Positions 20,345 through 31,382 of a DNA stretch of 64,000 bases are shown here, in pieces. The notes beneath the pieces are model-generated. The model did not search any database and was not told where the DNA came from. It saw only the letters and a program-made list of their open reading frames with translations. Where the stretch lies: contig CAXXGO010000007.1 in assembly GCA_963666835.2 (NCBI GenBank), forward strand, positions 1 through 64,000. Reading direction: 5' to 3'. The DNA comes from Phycisphaerae bacterium. Lineage in GTDB: Bacteria; Planctomycetota; Phycisphaerae; UBA1845. The position numbers and the translations under genes were made by a program. Within the stretch, counting starts at the first letter, position 1, and every line of letters starts with the position of its first letter.

Positions 20345-22537
20345 TTAGAACTCGGCTATATTACTGCCGTCCTCGAAGCTGCTGAAGTCTTCCTTGCTTA
20401 CGTCGGCCGCACCGCCGACCGCGGTAAGCTGGGGTTCCTTCTTGGCGGGTGCTGGAGTCTTCGACCTGGTTTGCGGCCCGCCGGCGACCTTATGAGGACG
20501 GGAGGCCGCGGAGCCGCCGGCAGATTGTCCACTGCCGCCGGTGACCATCGCGGACAGTTCAGCGACGATGCCTCTCACCGATTCCGCCTGGGCACTAAGC
20601 TCTTCGGCCACCGAAGCGGATTCCTCGGCATTAGCTGCATTCTGCTGGGTGACCTGGTCCATTTGAGAGACGGCCGTATTGACCTGATAGACCCCCTGGG
20701 CCTGCTCCTCGCCAGCGGTGGCGATCCCGTCAATAAGTTCGGTGACTTTTGTGACATCTTCAACGATAGCCCCAAGGGCCTCGCCGACCTGATTGGCTAC
20801 CGCCGTTCCCTCCTTAGCCCTATTGACGGAATCCTCGATGAGCCCGGTCGTCTCGCGGGCGGCTTCGGCGGCACGCTGGGCCAGGTTACGCACCTCGTCG
20901 GCCACTACGGCGAACCCCTTGCCATGCTCTCCGGCGCGGGCGGCCTCGACCGCCGCGTTCAGCGCCAGCAGGTTGGTCTGAAAAGCGATCTCCTCGATTA
21001 CCTTGATGATTTTACTGATCTGACCCGACGACTCGTTTATTCCGGCCATCGCGTCGTTTAGCTGTTGCATGGTTCGGTCACCGTTCTCGGCGGCGACGCG
21101 AGCCTGTCCGCTCAGCTCATTCGCCTGGCTGGACTTCTCGGAGTTCGCGAAAACCATGGCCGCCATTTCCTCGAGGGCGCTCGAGGTCTCCTCTAGCGAC
21201 GAGGCCTGCTCGCTGGCTCCGGAGGCCAGCTCCTGACTGGCGGATGACACTTGACCGGCGGCGGAGGAGACTTGGTCGGATCCTTCGTTCAGGTTGAAGA
21301 TGATCCGGTTCAACGGCTTGGTGATCGAGCGCGTCAGAAGGAAAGCGGTCAAGAGCCCGACGATAGCAGCGCCGATTCCGACCGTCATCGCCCAGTTCGC
21401 GTTGGAATGAGCGGCCGTCGTCGTCTCCACCGTACTTGCGGCGACAGCCCGGGTGGCGTCCTCACGGACCGTCTCGACAACCGGTTCGATCTGGTGAACC
21501 GCCTCGCGCATGGTCGCAACCGCGGCCGCGATCCGGCCATCCTCTTCGACGAGTGCGTCAAAGGCCTCTTGATAGGCTGCGCATCGTTTCTCTATTCCCT
21601 TAGCATCCTCGTCGCTGACTCCGCTTTGCGATACGTTGTCCAGCAAGGTGGCTATCGCCCCGCGTACGGCGGTGACGTATTTCTCGTCGCTACGGAGCAG
21701 ATAGTCCTTCTCCTGCTTGCGGATCTCCAGAAGCGACTCCTTGGCATTCGGAATGTAGTACAGATCGACGATGGCTCCGAGTTCGCCGGCCGCAGACTGA
21801 ACGCCTTCATATACGTGGTTCTTGTTGGCGGACGAGTCGTGCGGATCGACGAAGTTGGCGACGGCATCCCGGTATACCTCGAAGGGGCTCCGCATAACCT
21901 CTTGTACCTTTGGGTCCGCCTGCATGTGCTTGTCAAAAGTCGCCAGCGCCGCCGCCAGTTTTTGCTTGTACTCGTCGCTTCCGGTGCGATGGAAGTCCTT
22001 CTCGTAGCGCCGGCATTGCAGCAGGTCCAGATACAGGTTACCGACGAGATGACGTTCGAGGCTTTCATCCAAGTCGCGGGCGATCTGTCGGAACTGTCCC
22101 TGCAGACCGGACTTATGATCCAGACCTTTTGTCTCCCAAGCCGAGACCAGTTGCCCGAACGCGTCGGCATATTCATCAGCGCAAGAGAGTACTTCGGATG
22201 CGTGTGCCGCGGATTCGGTGTTGCCGGTTTGTCTCGCGATTGCCACGACGCCCTCGGCCGCTTTCTTCAACGATGCCACATTCTCCTGGTGCTCGTCCAC
22301 GTACTTCTTGTCGAGGCGAAGGAGGAAATCCTTCTCATCTCGCCGACATTGCAGCATCGAGGCCTCGATCTCGTTGGCCAGCGTTGCGGCGGCCACGTGC
22401 GTACTCATAAGGCTCTCGAAGTCTGATGTTGTGGTGTGGATTGCATAGTGGTAAATCCCCATACCACCGCCGGCCAATACAACCACAAGCGCAAAGCCGG
22501 AAATGAGCTTGGTGGATAGTGCCATCCCTTTGAACAT
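20345..22537 (-). CDS. Methyl-accepting chemotaxis protein (MCP-1)
   Basis: [37 protein letters not shown]; two TMs; periplasmic LQCRRxEKDF repeats; GGAG RBS before ATG 22537. Confidence 0.95.
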   Translation of the reverse strand: MFKGMALSTKLISGFALVVVLAGGGMGIYHYAIHTTTSDFESLMSTHVAAATLANEIEASMLQCRRDEKDFLLRLDKKYVDEHQENVASLKKAAEGVVAIARQTGNTESAAHASEVLSCADEYADAFGQLVSAWETKGLDHKSGLQGQFRQIARDLDESLERHLVGNLYLDLLQCRRYEKDFHRTGSDEYKQKLAAALATFDKHMQADPKVQEVMRSPFEVYRDAVANFVDPHDSSANKNHVYEGVQSAAGELGAIVDLYYIPNAKESLLEIRKQEKDYLLRSDEKYVTAVRGAIATLLDNVSQSGVSDEDAKGIEKRCAAYQEAFDALVEEDGRIAAAVATMREAVHQIEPVVETVREDATRAVAASTVETTTAAHSNANWAMTVGIGAAIVGLLTAFLLTRSITKPLNRIIFNLNEGSDQVSSAAGQVSSASQELASGASEQASSLEETSSALEEMAAMVFANSEKSSQANELSGQARVAAENGDRTMQQLNDAMAGINESSGQISKIIKVIEEIAFQTNLLALNAAVEAARAGEHGKGFAVVADEVRNLAQRAAEAARETTGLIEDSVNRAKEGTAVANQVGEALGAIVEDVTKVTELIDGIATAGEEQAQGVYQVNTAVSQMDQVTQQNAANAEESASVAEELSAQAESVRGIVAELSAMVTGGSGQSAGGSAASRPHKVAGGPQTRSKTPAPAKKEPQLTAVGGAADVSKEDFSSFEDGSNIAEF

Positions 22538-22881
22538 GACATTCGTCTCCCTGGTGTCAGCATCGGATTCCGAAACGCAGCGCGCATTCCGACACAATCT
22601 GCGCCCCGAGCGCTTCGTCTCGCCTTTCCGGACAGGCGCACCCGAGTCACCCCATACGTCGCGACAGGATAAACCCGTATGTAAATGCCTGCCTGTAGGG
22701 TCGCCTTTTGACGACTACTCTTCGACCGACCGCGTGCTTCTATATCGACCGCGCTGCGGGAACGCTGCCGTTTGGATCGCAGAAAAGACGAGAGCAACTA
22801 TTGTCTATTAGGTCCATGCAATCATCCCATAATCATCGCGGCCTGACCGCGAGGCGTGTTCATTGCGTCCATACGACGACG

Positions 22882-22922
22882 AAAGAGAACAACCGGGTGC
22901 CGGCTCTTGCGGCCGGCACCCG
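22882..22922 (-). terminator. Terminator-like hairpin after MCP-2
   Basis: CGGGTGCCGGC...GCCGGCACCCG stem followed by TTGTTCTCTTT on the minus strand. Confidence 0.6.
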
Positions 22923-22957
22923 CTCCGGAGAAACAAAGACTGACAGGGGCTGACTCG

Positions 22958-25669
22958 CTAGAACTCCGCTACATTGCTGCCGTCCTCAAACTCACTGAAG
23001 TCCTCCATGGTCACATCGGCGGCACCACCAACCGCGGCGGTCTGGAGCTCCTTCTTGGCGGGTGCCGGGGTCTTCGCCTTGAGCTGCAACCCAGAGGCCT
23101 TATGCGGACCAGGCGTCGCCGGGGCGTGCGTAGACCGTCCACTGCCGCCGGTGACCATCGCCGCCAGTTCGGCAACGATCCCTCTTACCGATTCTGCCTG
23201 GGCACTGAGCTCTTCGGCCGCCGAAGCGGATTCCTCCGCATTGGCCGCGTTCTGCTGGGTCACTTGGTCCATCTGCGAGACGGCCATGTTGACCTGATCG
23301 ACCCCCTGGGCCTGCTCTTCGCTGGCTTTGGCGATCCCGTCAATCAGTTCGGTGACTTTGGTCACGTCACCCACGATAGCTCCCAAAGCCTTGCCGACCG
23401 CACTCGCCACTTCCGTACCTTCCTTCGCCTTGTTGACGGAGTCCTCGATGAGCCCGGTGGTCTCGCGGGCAGCTTGGGCGGCGCGTTGCGCCAGATTGCG
23501 GACCTCGTCGGCCACGACGGCGAATCCCTTGCCGTGCTCCCCGGCGCGGGCGGCCTCGACCGCCGCATTCAGCGCCAGAAGGTTGGTCTGGAAGGCGATC
23601 TCCTCGATGACCTTGATGATCTTGCTAATCTGAACCGACGACTCGTTTATTCCGGCCATCGCATCGTTGAGTTGGTGCATGGTCCGGTCACCGTTTTCGG
23701 CGGCGGTGCGGGCCTGCCCGCTCAGCTCATTGGCCTGCCTCGAATTCTCGGCGTTCGTACGGGTCATGGCGGCCATCTCTTCGAGAGCACTGGAGGTCTC
23801 CTCCAGGGACGAAGCCTGCTCGCTGGCTCCGGAGGCGAGTTCCTGACTGGCGGACGCCACTTGCCCGGCGGCGGCGTTGACCTGGTCGGATCCCTCGTTC
23901 AGGTTGAAAATGATTCGGTTCAGGGGCTTGGTAATGCCGCGCGTGATGAAGAACGCCAACAGAATGCCGACTATCACCGCGACTACCAGGCCCACGGTTA
24001 CAAACGTCGTCGAAGATGAGAGTGAACTCGCGGCCTCGTTGGCAATCCGGTCGGTGCTCTCCATGCCCGCGTCCGCGGCTGTTCCGCAGGCGGCGACAAC
24101 TTGCAGACCGGCTTCGCGCCTCTGGGCGCTCAAGTCCTGGAGTGTCTTCCAGCCGTCAGTAAGGACCGCCAAGGCACTGCTATAGGCGTCCCCGGCCGCC
24201 TTGGTGTTGGCGATCTGCTGGAGGTTGACGTCCTGCCTGGTCATCTTCCGCAGGTCGGCATAAATCGGTTCCATCTTTGGGAAGTTCAACTGGGCCTCCT
24301 CCATCAGGGCAGGCAAACGCAACGCCTGGGCTTTGAAGGCCTTCATCCTGGTGTCGTTCGTCAGGCCGATGACATCGTTGACCAGAGTGATCTTCGTATG
24401 CCGCTCGGTCATATCGTGGGTCAGCTTCGTTTGCTGGCCTTCAAGGAACTCGACGCACCCCGCTACGTAGGTCTCCGCCGCTTCGTCCATGGTATTGCGA
24501 TAATCATCCAGCCCCAGGTAGCCGGCCAGATAACCTTCCATAGCCGTGCGATAGGCATCGGATGCCGCCTCGGTGTCGTCGATACGTTTGATGTCTGCGG
24601 GGTCGCGGATGATCTTGCGCAACTCGCCGGTGATCCTCTTCACGCCGGCAACCGTTTTGATGGCCTCGCGCATGAACTCGGGATCGCCGGTAGCCTGCGA
24701 TTTGAAGTTCAGGACCCGACCGGTGTCTCCTGCGGCGATGATTTCGTTGATCAGAGTGATCTTCTGCAAACGTTCTTCGAGGTTTGCACCATCCTGGTTG
24801 AATTCCCGCCGCATCTTCTCGTTCTGGTTGGAAAGAAGGGCACTGCATTGTTCCATGTACGTAGCGGCCGCTACGTCCATCGACTCGCGGTGCTCTTCGA
24901 AATCGGAGGACGTTTCGATAAAACGCTCCATGCCGGAAGTGTAGGCTCTGGCAGCGGCCTCGGTGGCATCAATCCGGCGGATGTCATCTGCGGACCGGGT
25001 AATGGTACGCAGTTCGTCTGTCTTGGCCTTGAGTGTCGCCAGCACGTCAATCGCGTTTCGCATGAGCTTCATATCGCCGGTCGCCTGGGCCTTGAAGTTC
25101 GACACCCGGGCTTTCGTGCCCACGTCGACGATCTCAGTGACGAGCTGGATCTTCCTTTGCCGCTCACTCAGCTCCTTCTTGAAGGCCTCGTTCTGCGTCG
25201 TTAAGAAGTCGAACATGTTCTTCATGTAGGCGGCCGCGTTCGTGTCGAGCTTACCTCGCTCCTCGTTCAACACCGCGATCTGCTCTTCAGTCTGAGCCAT
25301 CAGGCCCTCGTAGGTAGCGACGGCCTCGTTGATGGTGGCGATCTGACCCTTCAGAGCTTTGAGGTGTACGGCCTCTTCCGCCAGGTCGGCAGCCTCCTGC
25401 AGGTGCCGTTTCATGGCGGCGATTTCCGTTTGGGCGCGTTTGTAGAAATCCCCGTCTTCCGTGAAGGCGTAGCCGCGCATCTCGAACATGGTCTGGTTAG
25501 CTGCACCGCGCAGATCGGTGGCGATTTTCATTTCGGGCACGTATTCCCCGGCCAGGATCGTGGATTGGGTCTCGACGTTCTTCATGTTCCACGCGGCCAA
25601 TCCTCCGAGGAGAACAGCGATACCGACCAGTGACACGAACCCCAACGCGATCTTCGTTCCGAGTTTCAT
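22958..25669 (-). CDS. Methyl-accepting chemotaxis protein (MCP-2) with long repeated helical periplasmic region
   Basis: Same MCP signature; two TMs; repeated KIxLxxxI...R...FKxQA modules. Confidence 0.95.
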   Translation of the reverse strand: MKLGTKIALGFVSLVGIAVLLGGLAAWNMKNVETQSTILAGEYVPEMKIATDLRGAANQTMFEMRGYAFTEDGDFYKRAQTEIAAMKRHLQEAADLAEEAVHLKALKGQIATINEAVATYEGLMAQTEEQIAVLNEERGKLDTNAAAYMKNMFDFLTTQNEAFKKELSERQRKIQLVTEIVDVGTKARVSNFKAQATGDMKLMRNAIDVLATLKAKTDELRTITRSADDIRRIDATEAAARAYTSGMERFIETSSDFEEHRESMDVAAATYMEQCSALLSNQNEKMRREFNQDGANLEERLQKITLINEIIAAGDTGRVLNFKSQATGDPEFMREAIKTVAGVKRITGELRKIIRDPADIKRIDDTEAASDAYRTAMEGYLAGYLGLDDYRNTMDEAAETYVAGCVEFLEGQQTKLTHDMTERHTKITLVNDVIGLTNDTRMKAFKAQALRLPALMEEAQLNFPKMEPIYADLRKMTRQDVNLQQIANTKAAGDAYSSALAVLTDGWKTLQDLSAQRREAGLQVVAACGTAADAGMESTDRIANEAASSLSSSTTFVTVGLVVAVIVGILLAFFITRGITKPLNRIIFNLNEGSDQVNAAAGQVASASQELASGASEQASSLEETSSALEEMAAMTRTNAENSRQANELSGQARTAAENGDRTMHQLNDAMAGINESSVQISKIIKVIEEIAFQTNLLALNAAVEAARAGEHGKGFAVVADEVRNLAQRAAQAARETTGLIEDSVNKAKEGTEVASAVGKALGAIVGDVTKVTELIDGIAKASEEQAQGVDQVNMAVSQMDQVTQQNAANAEESASAAEELSAQAESVRGIVAELAAMVTGGSGRSTHAPATPGPHKASGLQLKAKTPAPAKKELQTAAVGGAADVTMEDFSEFEDGSNVAEF

Positions 25670-26174
25670 TCCTTGTTCTCCAACGCAGTTTGCTCGCCAA
25701 CAGCCCCACGGACTCTAACGGAGCATCGGGTGATTCCATGCGGGTTTTCCGGGCGGACGAATCTCCACGGAGATTCTCCTCTGGACTACGCGGTTTCGTA
25801 TCGGCCGTTCCGCGCGCACCCTACGCAAGAGCCCTGAAAACGCGGGAATTCCCACAGAGGATGCCCAACACGTCCTGTAATAACATTGGTATAGCGTCCC
25901 TACGGGAGGAGATTCGCCGGGCTGGGACGAAACCCCATCGCGCGGAAAGACATCGCGTCTCTGCGGGCAGACGATCGCCAGGGCAAGCCGAGCAGGTTGG
26001 GCTCTGCCCGACGCCAAACTGTGAAGGCAAACCAGCCACGGGAGGTGTCGGGCTGAGCCCAATGGTACTAACCTCTGTCAGGCCACCATGCGGGCAACCG
26101 TCCCGAAGCGCCGAATCTCCGCAAAAGAGTAGGACGCGCCGTCCTCATGCCGTCGAACATGATTCGGACGGGTG

Positions 26175-26526
26175 GCCCATCTCCCACGTTCCTGGGGGAC
26201 CCCCGCGTGTGCATGCCCTGCTCTTCGACCCCGGTGGGATCGGATACGCCAGACCGATTGCGGCGATCCGATGCTGCCTTCCGTACAGTGCGGACGACGT
26301 CGGCTCCCACGAATAGCCCTCTTTCGAGGCTCGATCACACGGCCTGCACACTCGCTGTCTACGCTTCGCAGTGCAGGTTACCCGTACACCACGCAAGACT
26401 CGCTTCCGGCTGTCGGTCTACTTTGCCGGGCAGGATTGGATACCTGCCGGGTCCCGGCGAAAGGTTTCATGCAGTCATCAAGGACCCATGTCGCAATCCT
26501 CGTTTCCCAGGCTTTCCGTGGCGCAC
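26175..26526 (-). mobile_element. Group II intron 5' fragment (domain I only, no ORF, no DV/DVI)
   Basis: Minus strand starts GTGCGCCACGG and carries domain I motifs GCGAGTCTTGCGTGG, GCGAAGCGTAGACAG, GATCGAGCCTCGAAA, GCCGACGTCG..GGAAGGCAGC and GGAACGTGGGAG; 3' limit approximate. Confidence 0.8.
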
Positions 26527-26801
26527 CCACATTTCGGACAGATCGGCTTCGTACGACCGCGGAGGTCGCACCCACAACGCGCACAGCCAACGTCGAAAGG
26601 AACCAATCCCAATCGGGAGCCGCTGCCGAACTGCCGGTCAACACCACGGTCACGCCATCACTCATCGGTACGGCTGCTCCATACCGAATCCGCCGCAGAG
26701 ACAGACGGTCCGCACAGTGGCCCCTGCCTGGGCCCTCGCACCGGACATGCCCACGCAAGCGTAGGCGATGCCACCTGTCCGAATCCGCCACAGATTGTGA
26801 T

Positions 26802-27959
26802 CTACGAAAGCAGGGTCCGCAGGGCGAGTTCGGCGAGTTTGTATTGCTCGTACCGACGTTCTTCGGCATAGAAACGGGCGGTATGTACATCCTCGCGCCC
26901 GTTGCGCCAGTCGATGCCGAGCTTCTTGTGCAGTAGCTCATGGTACATCAGATAGTCAAGAGTGTGCGAGGTCACATCGCGCCGATCGAGCAGAGCGCTT
27001 ATCATCACCGTATCGCGCAAGGGGTCATAATGGCCGAGCTTGTGGCCGGAGAACGTCTTGCTCCAGGTCAAGCGCGGACGCGAAAGGGTATCGCCGAAGT
27101 ACCGCTCGTTCACCCGTTGAAAAGACTGTGCCAGGTCGTGGCACATCCCCCGCGGCTGATCGTCCAGGCCCCCGAGGGCGTCGAGTTCGGCCTGAATATC
27201 CTGATACTCATCGCTTACCGCGGCCTCCAGGATCGCTTGCCTACTGCCGCCCTCGAAGGCGGCTTGTGCGAACGAGCGGAAGAGCTCTTCGGAGAAGCAG
27301 ATCGCCGGAGTCGCCAACGAAACCGTAGCCCCCCCACTATTACCGCGAATGCGAAACAGGCCGCGAAGCGGGCGGAACTCGATGAACGCCGGGGCGTGGA
27401 ACCTGGGTGATCTTCGAAGGGACTCCTCCACGGCCGGCTTAGCCCGGCGCATAGCGGCGCGGTAGGCCTGGAAGTTGACGCGGTCGGCGAAGAAAGCCAA
27501 CCACGCCCGGATATTACGAGACTGCGGAGTAAGACTGTCCGCCGGCAGCGCCTTCATGTTCCGCTCGATCTGGGCGCTGGCCCCGGATAGAAACTCGTAC
27601 ACCTTTCCGGCGGACTCGTCCGTCGGACCGGTGGCCAGCTCATAGACTGCCCATTCCAGGTCGGACTTGACTCCGGGAATCCGCATGCTTCCCGGTGCGG
27701 GCCGGCTCGGCTTATCGTCCGTTCGCGGCGTGATCGACTTAAAATCCACGTCGCGCAGAAACTCGTACGCCCGTTGCGAAGCGGGGGACATTGCCTCGAC
27801 CGGTGCGCGGTGCCCGGCCAGAATCTCATCGACCGCGCGCAGGGTACGCTCGGCATACGCGCACAAGCGGTAAAGTTCCGACGACGTTGCCGGCTGCGTA
27901 AGCTGGCGCCGAACGGTTGTAGCCGCCTTCACCAACCCGCGGATTCGAACCGTCTCCAC
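26802..27959 (-). CDS. SprT/M48-like zinc metallopeptidase domain protein
   Basis: C-terminal 'LGHYDP..DTVMIS..LD...YLMYHELLH...HTARF' HExxH domain. Confidence 0.82.
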   Translation of the reverse strand: METVRIRGLVKAATTVRRQLTQPATSSELYRLCAYAERTLRAVDEILAGHRAPVEAMSPASQRAYEFLRDVDFKSITPRTDDKPSRPAPGSMRIPGVKSDLEWAVYELATGPTDESAGKVYEFLSGASAQIERNMKALPADSLTPQSRNIRAWLAFFADRVNFQAYRAAMRRAKPAVEESLRRSPRFHAPAFIEFRPLRGLFRIRGNSGGATVSLATPAICFSEELFRSFAQAAFEGGSRQAILEAAVSDEYQDIQAELDALGGLDDQPRGMCHDLAQSFQRVNERYFGDTLSRPRLTWSKTFSGHKLGHYDPLRDTVMISALLDRRDVTSHTLDYLMYHELLHKKLGIDWRNGREDVHTARFYAEERRYEQYKLAELALRTLLS

Positions 27960-28004
27960 AAGCAGGATCCTCCGTGACCAAGTTCAAGGGGACCGGTGAC
28001 GGCC

Positions 28005-28994
28005 CTAATCGATGTTGTTGACGTCGGCGACCGCCGCATGCTTCGGACGATGGCGCAAGACCACCGTACCGATCACACTGATAAGCAGCACCATGACCAG
28101 CATACCCCATTCCGAGACCGCCGGAACCGGATCGCCGGTACCACCATCCCAGCCGGCCATGCGGGCCATCATCCACCAGAATGCCCGGGCCTTCAGGTTG
28201 CAGTTAAGTGACTGTGAGTGCGCACAGGAACAACTGGCGCAGAGTTCGCTGCCGGGGTTCGCCGCGCACCAGTCAACCGCCCAGTTGTGCCCGCCGTCGT
28301 AGTCGCAGTTGTCGTTCGCGTGCAGGTCGCGATAGTAGTTCCCGTCCGGATCGTAGCTCTCGATGTCGGCGAAGTCGAAGAGGACCGAATTGTTGGCTAC
28401 GCAGTGGGCGCGGATCTGGTTGTTACGGGCAAAGAGATTACCCTCCTCACCCGTACCGTTGAGATGACCCGTCATATAGACGAACGTTACGTTGCTGTAA
28501 TCCGCCTCCAGCCCACTCATCAGGTCGAGGTAGGTCTGGATATTCGCTTCCGACGTGTCGGCCTGCCCGCACCACGACCACATCACCGCGTTTCGGTCGT
28601 TACCGGCCGCGTCCAGCATCGTACGGGTTCGCGCTTCCCAGGTAACGTAGTCCGGATTGCCGAGGTCCCCGGCCGGCGTGTAATCGTGCAGGGACAACCC
28701 GCCGCTGGTTCCGTCCGCGTCCCACCAATACAGCGAGCCGGCCGTCCCCCGGATGACGTTCATGCCGGAGACAATCTGGCTGCCGTGGGAGGTGTGCCCG
28801 TAAGACATGCGAAACTGAGCCTTGGCCGCCTCGATCCACGAGCTCGGCACCGCGGTAAGGTCGGTGCAGGTGTGATCCGCGATGATCGGCGATTGGGCGT
28901 GCGCCGCCGAGACAATCGAAAACGGCGAAAAGCCCAACCCGGCCAGCAACACTGCAGCAACCACCAAACTCCTCTTGCTTACGTCGACGCGCAT
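28005..28994 (-). CDS. Secreted protein with IPTL-CTERM-like sorting signal
   Basis: Signal peptide (AHA/Q); HTSHGSQ, WSWCGQ and CAHSQSLNC motifs; C-terminal VPAVSEWG, TM helix, RHR. Confidence 0.85.
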   Translation of the reverse strand: MRVDVSKRSLVVAAVLLAGLGFSPFSIVSAAHAQSPIIADHTCTDLTAVPSSWIEAAKAQFRMSYGHTSHGSQIVSGMNVIRGTAGSLYWWDADGTSGGLSLHDYTPAGDLGNPDYVTWEARTRTMLDAAGNDRNAVMWSWCGQADTSEANIQTYLDLMSGLEADYSNVTFVYMTGHLNGTGEEGNLFARNNQIRAHCVANNSVLFDFADIESYDPDGNYYRDLHANDNCDYDGGHNWAVDWCAANPGSELCASCSCAHSQSLNCNLKARAFWWMMARMAGWDGGTGDPVPAVSEWGMLVMVLLISVIGTVVLRHRPKHAAVADVNNID

Positions 28995-29227
28995 GATATC
29001 CCTCCCGAGCGCATAAGTGCCATACTAATGCCACTTACATGAAATCCCCTCGCCCCCTCTCACGGCGGCCCGTTGTCCGAGAATATAACACTTTCGACCC
29101 TATCCGGTCAAGCTCCAACCCGAATTCCGGCCGGTTTCGGGCGCCGCGGTCCGTAGGGCACGGCCGAGGTACGAGACCTGGAAAGCGCTGGGATGAACCG
29201 CCCAGGTGCCCCGTTCATTCCGGCGCA

Positions 29228-29304
29228 GCGGGTGCCCATCCATGCCGGCGTTTGGTGGGCTGGAATAGCCGCATCGCCCCACCGCCGGCATGGGTGGGGG
29301 ACGG
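29228..29304 (+). repeat. Class E hairpin repeat (CCCATCCATTCCGGC...GCCGGAATGGGTGGGGG-ACGG)
   Basis: Homologous to 39761-39841, 53313-53386 and the flanks of the group II intron. Confidence 0.75.
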
Positions 29305-29444
29305 ATTGCGTAGGGCACGGTCGAGGTACGAGACCTGCCGCGAAGGTGCGCGATGCGCAGAGGTTGCGGCAGGTCTCGTGGCCCGTCGGGATGCGTTGGC
29401 CCGCACATCATCGCAGGTTGATGCGACATCCGCACCGCGTGCGT

Positions 29445-30389
29445 CTATTCGCCGTCAGGGGGCTCGGAAGGTCCTGTGGACTTGAAATACCGGAACCACT
29501 CCAGACCTACCAATGCGAAGATGAGCAACAGAAAAGGCCACCTGTCCTGCGGCACAGTTCCGGACTGCACCAAGCCCTCAAATACCACGACCGAAGCCAA
29601 AGCCAACGCGGTTGCGATCCACAGACGCCGCAACCGCACAGCGTCTTTCGCGTTCCTATTCGGCGTTTTCGCGGTATCGTCGAGTACAAACACCTCCGGC
29701 CCGTAGGCGTCTGCGAGCCGATCGACTCGATTGAACGCAGTGCCGCATACGGGGCACTGTCCGTCAGCATCGCCCCCCGCCAGGCGAGTTGCGCATACTG
29801 CACAGTGAACCGGGTAATGCTCGTCGGAAATAGCGGACAGATCGGGTGGGTCCCAGGCAGGGTCGCCAGGAGTAACGTAATCACCGCCCGAGGCAAGTGG
29901 CTCCCCACAGTTGGCGCCATCCGACTCGGCAGCGCCCTCCATCGCCTCGCCACCTTCGCGGCATAGTTCGCGCCCCTCTCTTCGTCGGCGATAGTAAGAT
30001 GCGGTGAATCGCCACAAGACTGCCGCAACCAGCCCGTTGTATGCCAGGGTGGATATCGCGGCGATCCACGACCAGAAGCCGCCCCGGAGAATCTCCGACC
30101 ATGACAGCAGCATCGACACTAATGCCGCGAGCAGCAGAGTGAGTCCGGGGCCGAAGATCAGCCACATTCCCCAGAAAACCAGCCGTCCCCGGCCGCCCGA
30201 GATTGCCCGCCGGTACATCCACCCGGTGGAGTAGATCTGCTGAATCGGATCGAGCGTCGCAATCATCCCGATCGGCATGCCGCACTCATGGCAAAACGGT
30301 GCTCCCGGCGGGTTCTGCTTGAGACAACCCGGGCACAGCGCCATTTGCTCTTGAGACTTCTGGTTAGCTGGAGAGGAATCGCCGACCAT
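29445..30389 (-). CDS. Membrane protein with zinc-ribbon (CxxC) motifs
   Basis: CPGC..CHEC and CAVC..CPVC pairs; four hydrophobic segments; alternative start 30344. Confidence 0.75.
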   Translation of the reverse strand: MVGDSSPANQKSQEQMALCPGCLKQNPPGAPFCHECGMPIGMIATLDPIQQIYSTGWMYRRAISGGRGRLVFWGMWLIFGPGLTLLLAALVSMLLSWSEILRGGFWSWIAAISTLAYNGLVAAVLWRFTASYYRRRREGRELCREGGEAMEGAAESDGANCGEPLASGGDYVTPGDPAWDPPDLSAISDEHYPVHCAVCATRLAGGDADGQCPVCGTAFNRVDRLADAYGPEVFVLDDTAKTPNRNAKDAVRLRRLWIATALALASVVVFEGLVQSGTVPQDRWPFLLLIFALVGLEWFRYFKSTGPSEPPDGE

Positions 30390-30503
30390 AACGCGATCAT
30401 AATCCCAACAGGCCGCGCGGCCAAGTCGCTGTTGGTTGGTCTGGGAGATGACGTGCGCGTCCGAGACGACACCATTTTCGTCATATTCTACAAGGTCCGC
30501 CTG

Positions 30504-31199
30504 TCACCGGCGCCCGCCCGAATCGTCGTCGGAACTGCTGTTGTCGTTGCTGTTGGAAGTGTCATCATCATCGGGAGCTGCAGTGACCAGCACCGTAATC
30601 TGCGCCGGGTCACTGACTTGCCCGGCCAGATCTTCCCCCACGCACGTCACAACAACTCCGCCGCTTTCGGTCGGAACGAATGTACTGACGCCCGACGAAA
30701 CTTCGGTAAGCTCGATGGAGGGTCCGGATATCTGCGCGATGGCGAATGACGCCGGCTCGGCCGCCCCGGTGCCAACACAAGTAAGGGTAACCTCCTCGCC
30801 TATTGCCGCGACCGACGGACTGGCCATCAGCGATACAGTCAACGTTGCATCATCTGCGACATCGATGGTCCGGATCCGGGTCACGCAGGAAGAGACCATC
30901 TGAAACAGCCCGTCGCTGGCCGTCAGCCGGATGACTACCTCACCCTCGTGCGCGGCCTGAAAGGTGGTAACCGGTTGGGTAGCGTCGGTGAACGTGCCGT
31001 AACCCGTCGGGAAAACCTCCCATTGGTACGTCGCGATCGCCCCGGGATTCTGCTCATTGGCCGCGACTTGGCCTGACGCCCCGACGAGCAGCTCGCTCGG
31101 GCAGGTCGGTTCGATATAGATCGAGTTGCACCCCGCCAGCAGTGCCGATCCGATTCCCATCAGGCACACCCACCGTCCCGAAGACCCTCGCCCCAACAC
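30504..31199 (-). CDS. Lipoprotein with PKD/Ig-like domains
   Basis: LLAGC lipobox; 'TYQWEV...TTFQA...IRLTASDG' PKD-like; AAGGGGG before GTG 31199. Confidence 0.75.
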   Translation of the reverse strand: MLGRGSSGRWVCLMGIGSALLAGCNSIYIEPTCPSELLVGASGQVAANEQNPGAIATYQWEVFPTGYGTFTDATQPVTTFQAAHEGEVVIRLTASDGLFQMVSSCVTRIRTIDVADDATLTVSLMASPSVAAIGEEVTLTCVGTGAAEPASFAIAQISGPSIELTEVSSGVSTFVPTESGGVVVTCVGEDLAGQVSDPAQITVLVTAAPDDDDTSNSNDNSSSDDDSGGRR

Positions 31200-31382
31200 G
31201 TATACCCCCTTGCGCGTCAGAAACGCCCGGTAAAAGTTGTTATAGAACCTTTCGGGTTCAAACGTAGCCACATACCGCGTCGTCACTATCGACCGAAACA
31301 TTGATTGCAGTTAGAACGCTCGACGGCGTCGGAGACGCCCGATTGCCGCCGAATCCGTGAATCCGGACCGACCCTGCCGGAA

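Noticed and set aside
22540..22860. c-di-GMP riboswitch or sigma28 promoter upstream of the MCP genes (also 25670-25900)
   Set aside because: No GEMM consensus found; GCCGATAC near 25798-25805 lacks a convincing TAAA -35 box.
26120..26175. CCTACTCT on the minus strand as the 3' end of a mini ORF-less intron
   Set aside because: No domain V with an AGC/CGC triad is recognisable upstream of it.
26068..26941. Several overlapping ORFs across the intron fragment
   Set aside because: They are translations of structured intron RNA or the antisense of the peptidase gene; no protein motifs.
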